A DNA stretch of 64,000 bases, from assembly GCA_041659685.1 (NCBI GenBank), contig JBAZXV010000004.1, forward strand, positions 70,355-134,354. The letters run 5' to 3'. Shown one piece after another: positions 40,011-49,588 of this stretch. Within the stretch, counting starts at the first letter, position 1. Each line of letters begins with the position of its first letter. The position numbers and the translations under genes were made by a program. The notes under the pieces are model-generated. The model was given only the letters and a program-made list of their open reading frames with translations, did no database searches and had not been told where the DNA came from. This DNA comes from Parcubacteria group bacterium (GTDB lineage Bacteria > Patescibacteriota > Minisyncoccia > Moranbacterales > UBA11712).

Positions 40011-40661
40011 ATGGAGGAAAAACAAAAAGGCCAATCCGGGCAAAAACCGGCTGAGCAAACTCCGGCAGGGCAACAGCCCCAAAAGAGCAGTAGCAGCAAC
40101 GTGATAGTAATCGTCATAGTGGTTATTGTCGTTTTTGGAATTGTAGCGCTTGCCGGCGGCTATTTCGTAGTGCGCAGCTTTAAAGCGAAGGTGTCCCAAA
40201 AGATCGGAGAAAATGTTATGGAAAAAATGATTGAAAAAGGCACGGGCCAAAAAGCAGACGTAAGCTCTGACGGAAAATCAGTCAGTGTTGAAACCGACTC
40301 GGGAACATTTTCCGCTTCCGATGAGGGCACCATCAAATTGCCGTCCGATTTTCCTTCCGATGTGTTTGTTTATGGAGATGCAAAAATAACCTTTGCCACT
40401 TCCACAGTGGCCAATCCGGCGGACGGGACCAAGGCCAGTTACATGATTGGATATATGGTGAATCAAAGCGTGAGCGACGCAGTGAATAAATACAGAAAGG
40501 AGATGGCCAAAAACGGCTGGATAAAGGAAACAGAGGCCGACTACGGAGCAATGATGATAAGCTTCAAAAAAGGCGATAGGGAAGCTTTGGTTACGATTTC
40601 CGAAAATCAGGACGGCCAAAAAGGCACAACGGGAGTTTCCTTGTCTGTTTCGGAAAATTAA
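40011..40661 (+). CDS. Single-TM membrane-anchored hypothetical protein
   Basis: Gln-rich N-terminus, long TM, LPSDFPSDV. Confidence 0.8.
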   Translation: MEEKQKGQSGQKPAEQTPAGQQPQKSSSSNVIVIVIVVIVVFGIVALAGGYFVVRSFKAKVSQKIGENVMEKMIEKGTGQKADVSSDGKSVSVETDSGTFSASDEGTIKLPSDFPSDVFVYGDAKITFATSTVANPADGTKASYMIGYMVNQSVSDAVNKYRKEMAKNGWIKETEADYGAMMISFKKGDREALVTISENQDGQKGTTGVSLSVSEN

Positions 40662-40742
40662 TTTCTGCCAATTCCAATCCCGCTTTTTAGGGAACAAATA
40701 AAAAATCACAACGAAAGGGCTGGGCAATGCGCCGGCCTTTTT

Positions 40743-40776
40743 TGTTGATTTTTCGGCCTGGAAATAGTATATTTTA
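40743..40776 (+). promoter_or_regulatory. Sigma70-like promoter TTGATT-17-TATATT (copy 2)
   Basis: Near-identical to 39882-39915. Confidence 0.6.
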
Positions 40777-41065
40777 GGTATAAATACGTATTTTGTTACG
40801 TAGCGCCGCGAAGCATAATTCAGCATTTTCCCACGGCCGTGTAATTTTGCTAAATTGTAAAACATCAAGTTAAAAGCTGTTTTCTGCTCGGTATTGGACG
40901 CTGACGGGAAACGCGTCCAAATCGTCCCCGGCAAATCCGTGGCGGAGGTTGAAGGGAGGATGTCTTAGGTTCCTTATTCACAAAAAAAATTCCTCCAATC
41001 CAGTTGTCTGGATAACTGGATAATCCGCTAAAATCCCGCCGGTAATAATCAATGTGCAAACAATT

Positions 41066-41728
41066 ATGAAAACATATCTCAAAGATTTTGAAAAAATGGC
41101 GAAGAGGGAGATTGCGTATATTCCTCTCGGCACTTTGGAATGGCACGGGAATCATCTGCCGATTGAAACGGATTATCTCGTCGCGGTGAAATTATGCGAG
41201 GGATTGGCAAAGAAGAAACCCGGTTATATTCTTCCGCCGATATATCTCGGAACGGATAAGCATAAATTTGTCAAAGGGCAAAAGTTTGTCGGCATGGATC
41301 GGCATCTTGGGAAAAAACTGCCCGGCAATTTATATTATCTAGAGCCAGCCCTTTTTGAAAAAATGCTGACGGGGCTCGTGAAAAATCTCATTGTTCACGG
41401 ATTCAAGAGAATATACGGCATCGCAGCCCACACCGGTGGCGGACAAATGGCGGCGCTCGCCAGAGTCGCGAAGAAGATTCCAGAGCTCAAAATCATAAAT
41501 CCTTGGGAAAATATTAGCATCGATATGCAGCACGCTGAAGAAAACGAAACTTCTGTTTTTTGGGCCTGCTATCCCGAAGAGGAAAAAATAAGCCGAAAAA
41601 TGAAAATTCCTCTCTCGGACGATTGTTTCCGATTTTACGGCCGCGATGTGCGGAGGAGAGCGTCGTTAAAGCTAGGAAAAAAAATGCTAAACGAAGCGTT
41701 GAGAGATTGTTTGGAGGAAATAAAATAA
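41066..41728 (+). CDS. Creatininase/formamide hydrolase family
   Basis: PLGTLEWHGNHLPIETD, HAEENETS. Confidence 0.82.
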   Translation: MKTYLKDFEKMAKREIAYIPLGTLEWHGNHLPIETDYLVAVKLCEGLAKKKPGYILPPIYLGTDKHKFVKGQKFVGMDRHLGKKLPGNLYYLEPALFEKMLTGLVKNLIVHGFKRIYGIAAHTGGGQMAALARVAKKIPELKIINPWENISIDMQHAEENETSVFWACYPEEEKISRKMKIPLSDDCFRFYGRDVRRRASLKLGKKMLNEALRDCLEEIK

Positions 41729-41746
41729 ATAATTCGGAATTATATA

Positions 41747-42241
41747 ATGTCAAAGCTGAATATCGTTGATGAAGACGACAACGTAATCGGAATAGAAGAT
41801 CGCAAAAAAGCGAAAAAAGAGAGCTTCTATCGCGTTTCGGCCCTTTGGGTCACCAATTCGCGCGGGGAAATTTTGCTCGCTCGCCGGCATCGAAGCAAAA
41901 CGCACGATCCTTTGAAATGGGGTCCGGCGGTTTCGGGGACTGTCGAAGCGGGGGAAAGTTATGAAGAAAATATTTTGAAAGAAGCGGAAGAAGAATTGGG
42001 TCTCAAGAATATCCATCCAAAAATCGGGCCGAAAATAAAAATGGAAGTTGAATATCATTATTTTGTCCAGTGGTTCACTTTGGGGATTGAAAAGGATGCC
42101 AGCGATTTCGAGATACAAGAAGACGAAGTCGTAGAGATTAAATGGTTTCCAAAAAAAGATTTAATTTCTGAATTGCAAAACAGTTCTGAAAACTTCACGC
42201 CGGGATTGCGCGCGGTCAGTAAATTATTTTTAGGGGAATAA
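41747..42241 (+). CDS. NUDIX hydrolase (IDI-like)
   Basis: IVDEDD, G.VEAGESYEENILKEAEEELG. Confidence 0.88.
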   Translation: MSKLNIVDEDDNVIGIEDRKKAKKESFYRVSALWVTNSRGEILLARRHRSKTHDPLKWGPAVSGTVEAGESYEENILKEAEEELGLKNIHPKIGPKIKMEVEYHYFVQWFTLGIEKDASDFEIQEDEVVEIKWFPKKDLISELQNSSENFTPGLRAVSKLFLGE

Positions 42242-42246
42242 ATTTT

Positions 42247-43176
42247 ATGGCCACTATCGAAGATTCCGAAAAATTGAATGCTCGAAAAAAATCGCCCGAT
42301 GAGTTGCATCAGGAAAGAGTGAGATCGCCAAAATCGAGAGAACAAACAGGAAAACCTGAACCGTGGTCTGAGGCGGCGCTTGGAGCGGGAAAAATAACCG
42401 AGTCGCAACTCGAAATATATAATTTTGTCTATGACGAGCATGTAAAAATCAGTTTTCTCTTGCACGGGGACGCCGATCAAAGGCAAATGGACGACCGGGC
42501 GCTTCTCCGGCAGATATATACGCGGGCGGCGAAAAAATTTGGCGTCAGCGAAAAGGAGGCTGAAATGATATTTCTTCGACTTGAAAATTTTCGGGTGGAT
42601 TACCGTCCGCCGGTTCATAATGATTTCAGTCCGGAAGCGATCGAGCGCAATATGCCGAGGTATCTTGGATACTACCGGGAATGCAAAGAAGGTTTGATTA
42701 TCGGAGCGGCAATGAATAGAAACTATGCAGTATCATGGCGTCAGGAGCCATTCCAAGTGGGTTGCACAGCTTTGACGCTTGATGCCGACTTTCCTGACGA
42801 TCAGCCGGTGATTCACTACGGGGCGAATTTCAAGCCGACCAAGGATTGGACCAAGTATCATGAAAAACATTGCGCGGAGAGACACGCTATCGAAAGCGCG
42901 CTTGCGTATGACGTGAAATTGATTATTGCAATTGTAATCGTCTCAAGAGAACACGATAAAGGAGACGATGAAAACAAGCCGTCAGAAGTATTGCATTCAT
43001 GCCTCGCGTGCCGCAGAATGTATCGGGATTTACTGAAACGCGGTCTTTTGCGCGAGGATAGTATGATTTGTTTTGTGAATGATTCAGAAGTTGATGAGGA
43101 AGGCAAGCCGACGAAGATTCAGGAAATGACCGTCAAAGAACTTTTGGACTTATATAAAGACGATCCGGAAGATTAG
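42247..43176 (+). CDS. Cytidine deaminase-like protein with N-terminal extension
   Basis: FQVGC, GAN, CAERHAI, SCLACR. Confidence 0.65.
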   Translation: MATIEDSEKLNARKKSPDELHQERVRSPKSREQTGKPEPWSEAALGAGKITESQLEIYNFVYDEHVKISFLLHGDADQRQMDDRALLRQIYTRAAKKFGVSEKEAEMIFLRLENFRVDYRPPVHNDFSPEAIERNMPRYLGYYRECKEGLIIGAAMNRNYAVSWRQEPFQVGCTALTLDADFPDDQPVIHYGANFKPTKDWTKYHEKHCAERHAIESALAYDVKLIIAIVIVSREHDKGDDENKPSEVLHSCLACRRMYRDLLKRGLLREDSMICFVNDSEVDEEGKPTKIQEMTVKELLDLYKDDPED

Positions 43177-43230
43177 GCGCGGAAGCAAGTGAAGGTTTTT
43201 AGGAATCGTAATGTTAGATAGAAAAGATTA

Positions 43231-43258
43231 AAGCCCCATCCATTCAGACGGGGCTTTT
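43231..43258. terminator. Bidirectional terminator
   Basis: AAGCCCC...GGGGCTTTT between convergent genes. Confidence 0.6.
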
Positions 43259-44447
43259 ATTTACTTCCTTTCCTTGTAGCCGCAAAAGCAAAGCCTGCGA
43301 CAAGAAGCAGAAAAATGCCATTAGTACTCAGTGCCATAGAGCAACCGAAATTACTGGCCAAGCTTCCCATGGCAAAATGTCCCAGGGCCGTTCCTCCGTT
43401 TGTGGCCGCGATGAGTATTCCCGAAACCCTGCCTCGCATTTCCTGTCCGACTATTATTTGAATCAATATTTTTGCCGTCAGGGAACTGATTGCGAATCCC
43501 GCCCCGGACAAAAACAAGAGCCCGAAGCCGCTAATCAAACTGGGAACCAGCATGGGTAACAGGAAAAGAGAGATTCCGGCAAAAAAAGAACCGCCGGCGA
43601 TAAGGCACGGACTTAATTCTTTTTTAAGGACCAAAAAGGAGCCGACTCCAGACCCCAATCCCACGAAAGCAAAGAGCCATCCAAGCGTGCCGGGACCCGC
43701 GTTAAGCAGATCAACGGAAAAATTCGGCAGGATCGGCCGATAGGCAAATCCCGCTACAGCGATTAAAGCAGACAAAATCAGGTAAAGCCGGGTTTTTGGT
43801 TCGGTGGCCGAATATTTCATTCCGGACCAAAACATTTCAAACGGATTTGCGACCAAGGATCTTCGGCTTCTTTTCGCGATAATCATCGGCAAGGTGGCAA
43901 TAACTGCCAGAAAGGAGACGCCGTTGATCACAAATATCCAGCCGATGCCCGTAAAAGTTAATAAGAATCCGGCTATACCGGGTCCGATTACCTTTGCCAT
44001 CTGGCCAATGATGTTTGATATCGTCATTGCTGACTTGATTCGGCAGTTTCCGACTATTTCCGGAATAAATGCCATTCTGGCGGGTCTGTCAATAGCACTG
44101 GCGACTCCCAGAAAAAAAGCCAAAATGACAATGATCGGCAACGATGCTTTTTCTGTGATTACCAAAAATCCGAGCAGAAAAGCCTGGATCATTTGGGCTG
44201 ATTGGGTAATATACAAAATGTTCTTTTTCTTGAATTTATCCGCGATTATTCCCCCTAAACAAACCAGAAATGCGCTTGTTATCAGGGGGAGGCCGGATAC
44301 GATTCCCACCCAGAAAGATGAATGGGTTATCTTGAGAACCAGCCAGGTTAAGGCAACATATTGCAGCCATGATCCCGTGAAGGAAATGGCTTGGCCGGTC
44401 AGAAAAAGACGAAAATTCCGCGTGGCTATTTTTTTGTCCAAGAACAT
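43257..44447 (-). CDS. MFS transporter
   Basis: NFRLFLTGQAIS..GSW, GGIIADKF, PAR.AFIPEIV, MRGRV; ~12 TM. Confidence 0.9.
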   Translation of the reverse strand: MFLDKKIATRNFRLFLTGQAISFTGSWLQYVALTWLVLKITHSSFWVGIVSGLPLITSAFLVCLGGIIADKFKKKNILYITQSAQMIQAFLLGFLVITEKASLPIIVILAFFLGVASAIDRPARMAFIPEIVGNCRIKSAMTISNIIGQMAKVIGPGIAGFLLTFTGIGWIFVINGVSFLAVIATLPMIIAKRSRRSLVANPFEMFWSGMKYSATEPKTRLYLILSALIAVAGFAYRPILPNFSVDLLNAGPGTLGWLFAFVGLGSGVGSFLVLKKELSPCLIAGGSFFAGISLFLLPMLVPSLISGFGLLFLSGAGFAISSLTAKILIQIIVGQEMRGRVSGILIAATNGGTALGHFAMGSLASNFGCSMALSTNGIFLLLVAGFAFAATRKGSK

Positions 44448-44578
44448 TTCCTCCTTATGATATTTCCGGCATTTTTACCGGATACTATATGCTATATTAC
44501 AGTCCGTCTTGCGTCAATTCTGCCGCATTGATTTTTCTCATTGAAAATAGTATATTTAACTTATAAATGCACAAAACT

Positions 44579-44914
44579 ATGGCAACTATTGAAGATTTTC
44601 ACAAGATGGACATTAGGGTTGGGAAAATCATTGAAGTCGAGGATTTTCCGGAAGCCCGAAAACCGATGTATAAGATCACGATCGATTTCGGCTCGGAGAT
44701 TGGCGTAAAAAAATCGTCGGTCCAGCTGGTTACGCTCTATAAAAAAGAAGAGCTCATGGGCAAAGTTATTTTGGGCGTCGTTAATTTCCCGCCCCGCCAA
44801 ATTGGTCCGTTTCTTTCCGAAGTCCTCACCCTCGGCGTCCCGGACAAGGAAGACAATTGCGTCCTCATTGTCCCCGAAAAAGACACGGCGGAAATCGGCG
44901 GGAGGTTATTTTAA
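44579..44914 (+). CDS. csaA: CsaA/Trbp111 tRNA-binding protein
   Basis: DIRVGKI, FPEARKP, VVNFPPRQIGPF.SEVLTLG. Confidence 0.88.
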   Translation: MATIEDFHKMDIRVGKIIEVEDFPEARKPMYKITIDFGSEIGVKKSSVQLVTLYKKEELMGKVILGVVNFPPRQIGPFLSEVLTLGVPDKEDNCVLIVPEKDTAEIGGRLF

Positions 44915-44930
44915 GTGATTGAACAAACTC

Positions 44931-45482
44931 ATGCAAAGATTAAGTATTGTTAACGAAAATGACGAAGTGGTCGGAGAGGAGACTCGCGAAAATATCCACA
45001 AAAAAGGGCTGCTTCACAGGGAAGTCCATGTCTGGGTCTATAATAACAAGGAAGAGCTGCTTTTTCAGGAAAGGTCTATGATTAAGGATACCTATCCGGG
45101 GCTGTTTGATGTTTCTGTCGGCAGTCATGTTGAGATCGGTGAGGAATACGAAAGGACTGCATTAAGGGAGTTGGAGGAGGAAACTGGAATAAAGGCGAGG
45201 AAAAATGATCTGACTTTTATTGCGAGCATAAGAGGAAACATTATTGATGAACTCACTGGAATGAAAAATAACTCAATAAAAAAGATATATGCTTTTCGTT
45301 TTGACGGGAACGTGGAAGATTTAAAGGTTGAAGACGGAGAAGCGGTGAGTCTAAGATTTTTTCCAATAGAAAGGATTTTGAATTTATCGGAAGAGGAGAG
45401 CAAAAAATTTACACCTGAAATGATGAGCGAAGAATTTAGGGATGTTTTCAGAAAAATAAAGTTATTGGCGCTGAAAAAATAA
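44931..45482 (+). CDS. NUDIX hydrolase (IDI-like)
   Basis: IHKKGLLHR, PGLFD, ALRELEEETG. Confidence 0.88.
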   Translation: MQRLSIVNENDEVVGEETRENIHKKGLLHREVHVWVYNNKEELLFQERSMIKDTYPGLFDVSVGSHVEIGEEYERTALRELEEETGIKARKNDLTFIASIRGNIIDELTGMKNNSIKKIYAFRFDGNVEDLKVEDGEAVSLRFFPIERILNLSEEESKKFTPEMMSEEFRDVFRKIKLLALKK

Positions 45483-45486
45483 AGTT

Positions 45487-46083
45487 ATGAATTTTTCCAA
45501 GGAAATATACCAAAAAATTTGGGATGCGGCGTTGCCATATCAAGATAAAAGGGATGACGCGGGACATGCGGAGATTGTTACAAATTTCGCTCTGAAACTT
45601 TGCAAAATAGAAGACGTGAATGAGGAAATTGTTATTCCCGCGGCTATTTTGCATGACATCGGTTGGAGCCAGCTATCTGACAAAGAAAGATTCGTTATAT
45701 TTTATAAAAAAGCCACAAAAGAAGAGATGCTGCATATCCGCCTTCGTCACCAAGAAGAAGGAGTGAAATTGGCTAAAAAAATATTGGAAGATGTTGGTTA
45801 TACTTCGGGATCAATTCGGAAAATAGTTGAAATAATTTCCGAGCATGATACGCGTAAAGTATTTTTGTCCAAGGAAGATGGAATCATGAGAGACGCGGAC
45901 AAATTATGGTGTTTTAGCAAATTGGGTCTTGGCGCTGACCATAGGAGAAGGAAAGAAGGATTTTCTTCCTATTTCAAACAATTGAAGGAAAATATTGATA
46001 ACAGATCATTTTTCTTTTCCGAATCAGCAAGGAAAATAGCACGGAAGGAAATTGAAATAAATAAAAAAGGACTTGGTTTTTAA
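45487..46083 (+). CDS. HD domain protein
   Basis: GHA, AILHDIG, HQEEG, EHD, DADKL. Confidence 0.85.
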   Translation: MNFSKEIYQKIWDAALPYQDKRDDAGHAEIVTNFALKLCKIEDVNEEIVIPAAILHDIGWSQLSDKERFVIFYKKATKEEMLHIRLRHQEEGVKLAKKILEDVGYTSGSIRKIVEIISEHDTRKVFLSKEDGIMRDADKLWCFSKLGLGADHRRRKEGFSSYFKQLKENIDNRSFFFSESARKIARKEIEINKKGLGF

Positions 46084-46095
46084 ATTTATGGCAAT

Positions 46096-46179
46096 ATGAG
46101 TGAAAAAATATTTTTCCAAAATTCAAACGGCGTGAAACTTTATTGCAATCTTGAAAAATTCTGGACTGAATGTGCATGA
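46096..46179 (+). pseudogene. Truncated 5' copy of the alpha/beta hydrolase at 47380
   Basis: MSEKIFFQNSNGVKL versus MHQKIFFQNSNGLKL. Confidence 0.7.
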
Positions 46180-46249
46180 TCATGAGACTATTAGTTTTGG
46201 AAGAGTAATTTTCGCACAATAAGTTGATAATTAAAATATTTGTTGTTTT

Positions 46250-47380
46250 ATGGTGCATATTGAACGTCCAACATTTCTAGCGGATCAGGCAGAGATTGAG
46301 AATGAAAGATTGGCAGACGGACAGCAAGTGAAAGTTGTCGAACTCTCAAGTGTCAGTCAAGTAACTGCAGAAAAAGTTCCGAACGGTTATGTTCTCAAGC
46401 AATACAAATGGCCGGAATTTGATATGTCCTGGACGGATATTTTTGAGGGCGACGATCTGATTAATCCGTATACCCATCGAACGGCGAAAGCATACGAAAG
46501 ATTGAAAAAATCCGGTCCGCAAGAAGATGAACCCCTAACTAAAGATATAATCAAAGCTGTTCAGGAGCAGTATGAAAAAGAAGATTCCATATCATCCTCC
46601 AGGGATAACGAAAAATTTGAAAAAGAGCAGCCGGATCGACACGCCTATCTCTTGCAAATGAGAGAAAAATTACAAAACCCGGAATATGTGGCAAAGGCGG
46701 TCGAAGCCTGGAGATTTCCAAATATAGCCAAAAGGTTGCATAAAAGGAATAAAGGGTTGCAACAATTTTTTAGCTCTCACGGATTGCCAGATCTGATTGT
46801 TCCGACAAATATTGTTGTGGGAGCGGAAAGGAACGAGATTGATGAAAGCAGAGACGGACCGAAACATTTATATGAAATCCAGCCCAGAATTAATTCATTG
46901 GCTTTGCCTGAGTCAGTATTGAATGGAGCTTACGTTGTCTATCACGGCGCAAACATCGGCATGCTTTATTTTAGGGCTTTAAGCCCGGATCAATTGAAGA
47001 AGCAAATTGAAATTCAGAGCTCAGAACTCTCGGAATATCTCAGCAGAAGTTTGTCTTTGGAACAACTTAATAAAATAAGAAATGAAATTAGCAATCTTAT
47101 AAATGCTGCCAAACAACTTCCGCTTGAGATCGGAAAAATTCCTTATGATATTTTGATGCTAAAAAATATTCTAATTACTAAAAACGGGCTAAGGATTATC
47201 GACACGAATCGGTTGATTGCTTTTCCGGAAGGGGATATTGTGGATTGGATGCAAGAAACGGTAGTGCCCGGTGATAATATTTCTGATTTTGATTTATCTC
47301 AAACCAAAATGGCTTGTTTGCAAAATTATCAGCGAATGGTGGATTTTTGGGAGCATATAAAAATAAAGATCGAAAATTGA
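46250..47380 (+). CDS. Hypothetical protein, possible protein-kinase-like fold
   Basis: YVLK; DILMLKNIL..LRIID. Confidence 0.55.
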   Translation: MVHIERPTFLADQAEIENERLADGQQVKVVELSSVSQVTAEKVPNGYVLKQYKWPEFDMSWTDIFEGDDLINPYTHRTAKAYERLKKSGPQEDEPLTKDIIKAVQEQYEKEDSISSSRDNEKFEKEQPDRHAYLLQMREKLQNPEYVAKAVEAWRFPNIAKRLHKRNKGLQQFFSSHGLPDLIVPTNIVVGAERNEIDESRDGPKHLYEIQPRINSLALPESVLNGAYVVYHGANIGMLYFRALSPDQLKKQIEIQSSELSEYLSRSLSLEQLNKIRNEISNLINAAKQLPLEIGKIPYDILMLKNILITKNGLRIIDTNRLIAFPEGDIVDWMQETVVPGDNISDFDLSQTKMACLQNYQRMVDFWEHIKIKIEN

Positions 47381-48141
47381 TGCATCAAAAAATTTTCTTC
47401 CAAAATTCAAACGGCCTGAAACTTTGCGGGGTTTTGTCGAATCCGGCGGATGATGTCTCAAGGCCGATTATGATCCTTTGCCACGGGTTCACGAGGAGCA
47501 AGGACACTAGAACCTACCCGATCCTTGAAAAACTCATCAATGAAAAAAATATAGCGACTTTCCGCTTTGATTTTTTCGGACATGGGGAAAGCGAAGGAAA
47601 ATTTGAGGATATCACAATTTCAGAAGGTGTTGATGATATTTTGCGTGCGATTGATTATCTCAAAAGTCTTGGATACTCAAAAATGGGTTTGTTTGGGAGC
47701 AGTTTTGGCGGAGCGGCGAGCATAATCGCGGCTTCAAAGACCAAGGACCTTTCGCTTCTAGCCTTGAAATCGCCGGTCGCGGATTATATGGAAAGAGAAA
47801 TTGGAAAAGGAAATAAAAAGGAGTTGGAAGAATGGAAGAATAAGGGGTATAAAGATTATTTCGACAGTAAGGGGAACAAATTCAAATTGAACTATACATT
47901 TTTCGAGGATTTTAAGAATAACGACGGCTATAAAGCGGGTAAAAATATTTCGATTCCGACATTGATCGTCCACGGTGACGCGGACACATCGGTTCCAATC
48001 GAACAAAGCGATAAACTGGTTGAAATTCTCCCAAACGGTAAGCTGGAAATAATTCCCGGAGCCGACCATCATTATTCCAATCCGGAACATTATCAGAAAC
48101 ATTTGGATTTGATTGTGGATTTTATTTCTAAAAATATCTAA
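47380..48141 (+). CDS. Alpha/beta hydrolase
   Basis: HGF, FDFFGHGESEG, GSSFGG, HGDAD..VP, ADH. Confidence 0.92.
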   Translation: MHQKIFFQNSNGLKLCGVLSNPADDVSRPIMILCHGFTRSKDTRTYPILEKLINEKNIATFRFDFFGHGESEGKFEDITISEGVDDILRAIDYLKSLGYSKMGLFGSSFGGAASIIAASKTKDLSLLALKSPVADYMEREIGKGNKKELEEWKNKGYKDYFDSKGNKFKLNYTFFEDFKNNDGYKAGKNISIPTLIVHGDADTSVPIEQSDKLVEILPNGKLEIIPGADHHYSNPEHYQKHLDLIVDFISKNI

Positions 48142-48179
48142 TCCTCCAAAATCCCGCCGGGATAATTTAAATAAAACTT

Positions 48180-48728
48180 ATGCCAATCAAAATAACATAT
48201 TTTGTCCATGGAACTACCCTGGATAATGAGCAAGATTTAGCAACTGGATGGCAGCCGGGAGAATTATCCGAATCAGGGAAAAAACAAGCGAAAGAACTCG
48301 GTAAAATTGTTGCTGACAAAAAATTCGATGTCGTATTTTGTTCAGACCTGAAGCGGTCCATTGATTCGGCTGAATTGGGATTTGGCGATCGATATAAAAT
48401 TATAGAAGATAAGAGATTAAGGGAGGCAAACTATGGTGATTTTACGGGAAAGCCGGCCGAGATTTTCAAAAAAAAGCCGATCGAATATATCGAAAAAAAA
48501 TTTCCAAACGGAGAAAGCTATCAGGACGTGGAAAAAAGAATGAATGATTTTCTGAAATTTTTGAAAGGAAACTTCGATGGAAAACATGTCGCGATTGTGG
48601 CACATCAGGCTCCGCAGCTGGCGCTGGATGTACTGCTTAAAGGCAAAACTTGGAATGAAGCGATTGTCGAGGACTGGCGAAATACGAAAAATTGGCAACC
48701 TGGATGGGAATATTTTATTAAAAACTAG
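48180..48728 (+). CDS. Histidine phosphatase (PGM-like)
   Basis: FVHGTT.DN, SDLKR, LRE.NYG, GES, VAHQ. Confidence 0.88.
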   Translation: MPIKITYFVHGTTLDNEQDLATGWQPGELSESGKKQAKELGKIVADKKFDVVFCSDLKRSIDSAELGFGDRYKIIEDKRLREANYGDFTGKPAEIFKKKPIEYIEKKFPNGESYQDVEKRMNDFLKFLKGNFDGKHVAIVAHQAPQLALDVLLKGKTWNEAIVEDWRNTKNWQPGWEYFIKN

Positions 48729-48763
48729 ACTCAATCAGTCTCAAAATCCCGCCTTTTTAATAT

Positions 48764-49558
48764 ATGGAAATTTCAAAAGAAACATCAAAACTGAATATTG
48801 ATGGCCGGAAAGAAAAAACGCCCGAGCCGGATTTTGTCGGCGTTTATAAGAAGAGACTAGCTATGGCAAAACCCGTTGCCGAGCCGGAAAGGGAGCTTAC
48901 CGCTTTTGACTACAGGGACACAGGACTGAAATCCATTGAAAAAAGAATTCCCGTGGTTGTGTTCGAGTGGGGATAAGAAAAGGATCCCGAATATAACCTT
49001 TGGATGTTTTCCGAAAACGATCCCGCGAAGAGATTGAGCCACGAAATAATTCGCGATGATCTGAGCAGTCAAATCGGGCAGAATAATGAGAATTTAGGGC
49101 TGGGGCCGTTTTCGGCTTATATCCTTATCGGTTCAAAAGGCGGAGATGATACGGAAAAAACAACGTATCTCGCGGTGCACGAAAGTTTTGCCCGCATAAT
49201 CGAAATGGAAAACCAGGAACCGGCCAATAATGCCTTCATAAAGAAATGGCAGGACTTTCTTGAAAAATATAATGTTGATTCGATTATCGGGGAATTCAAG
49301 TCCTCACTTCCAGTGGGAAAGCGATCTAAGCGCGGTAATCCGGAAGAGGTTTTGAATGTCGATATTGTGGGGCGAATGATGGAAAACACGGAACTCATGA
49401 AAATCGCAAAAGAAGCGCATTTGACGAACTACGGGGTGATGAGGCTTTTTCTCGAATATTATGCCGCCAAAAAAATTAATCGCAATTATGATTGCCGGGC
49501 AAACGCTGCGAGGCTGGCAGAAGAGACGAAAGAGCATCCTTATGAAAGACAGGATTAG
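48764..49558 (+). pseudogene. Hypothetical gene split by one in-frame TAA (48974-48976)
   Basis: ORFs 48764-48976 and 49004-49558 share a frame: VFEWG*EKDPEYNLWMFSEND. Confidence 0.65.
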
Positions 49559-49588
49559 GATAATGTTAATTTTAAAAATTAATAATCC

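Noticed and set aside
40900-40945. Cobalamin or c-di-GMP riboswitch
   Set aside because: Only fragments (GGGAA, GGCAAA) match; the B12 box and GGACGCAAA elements are not in the right order.
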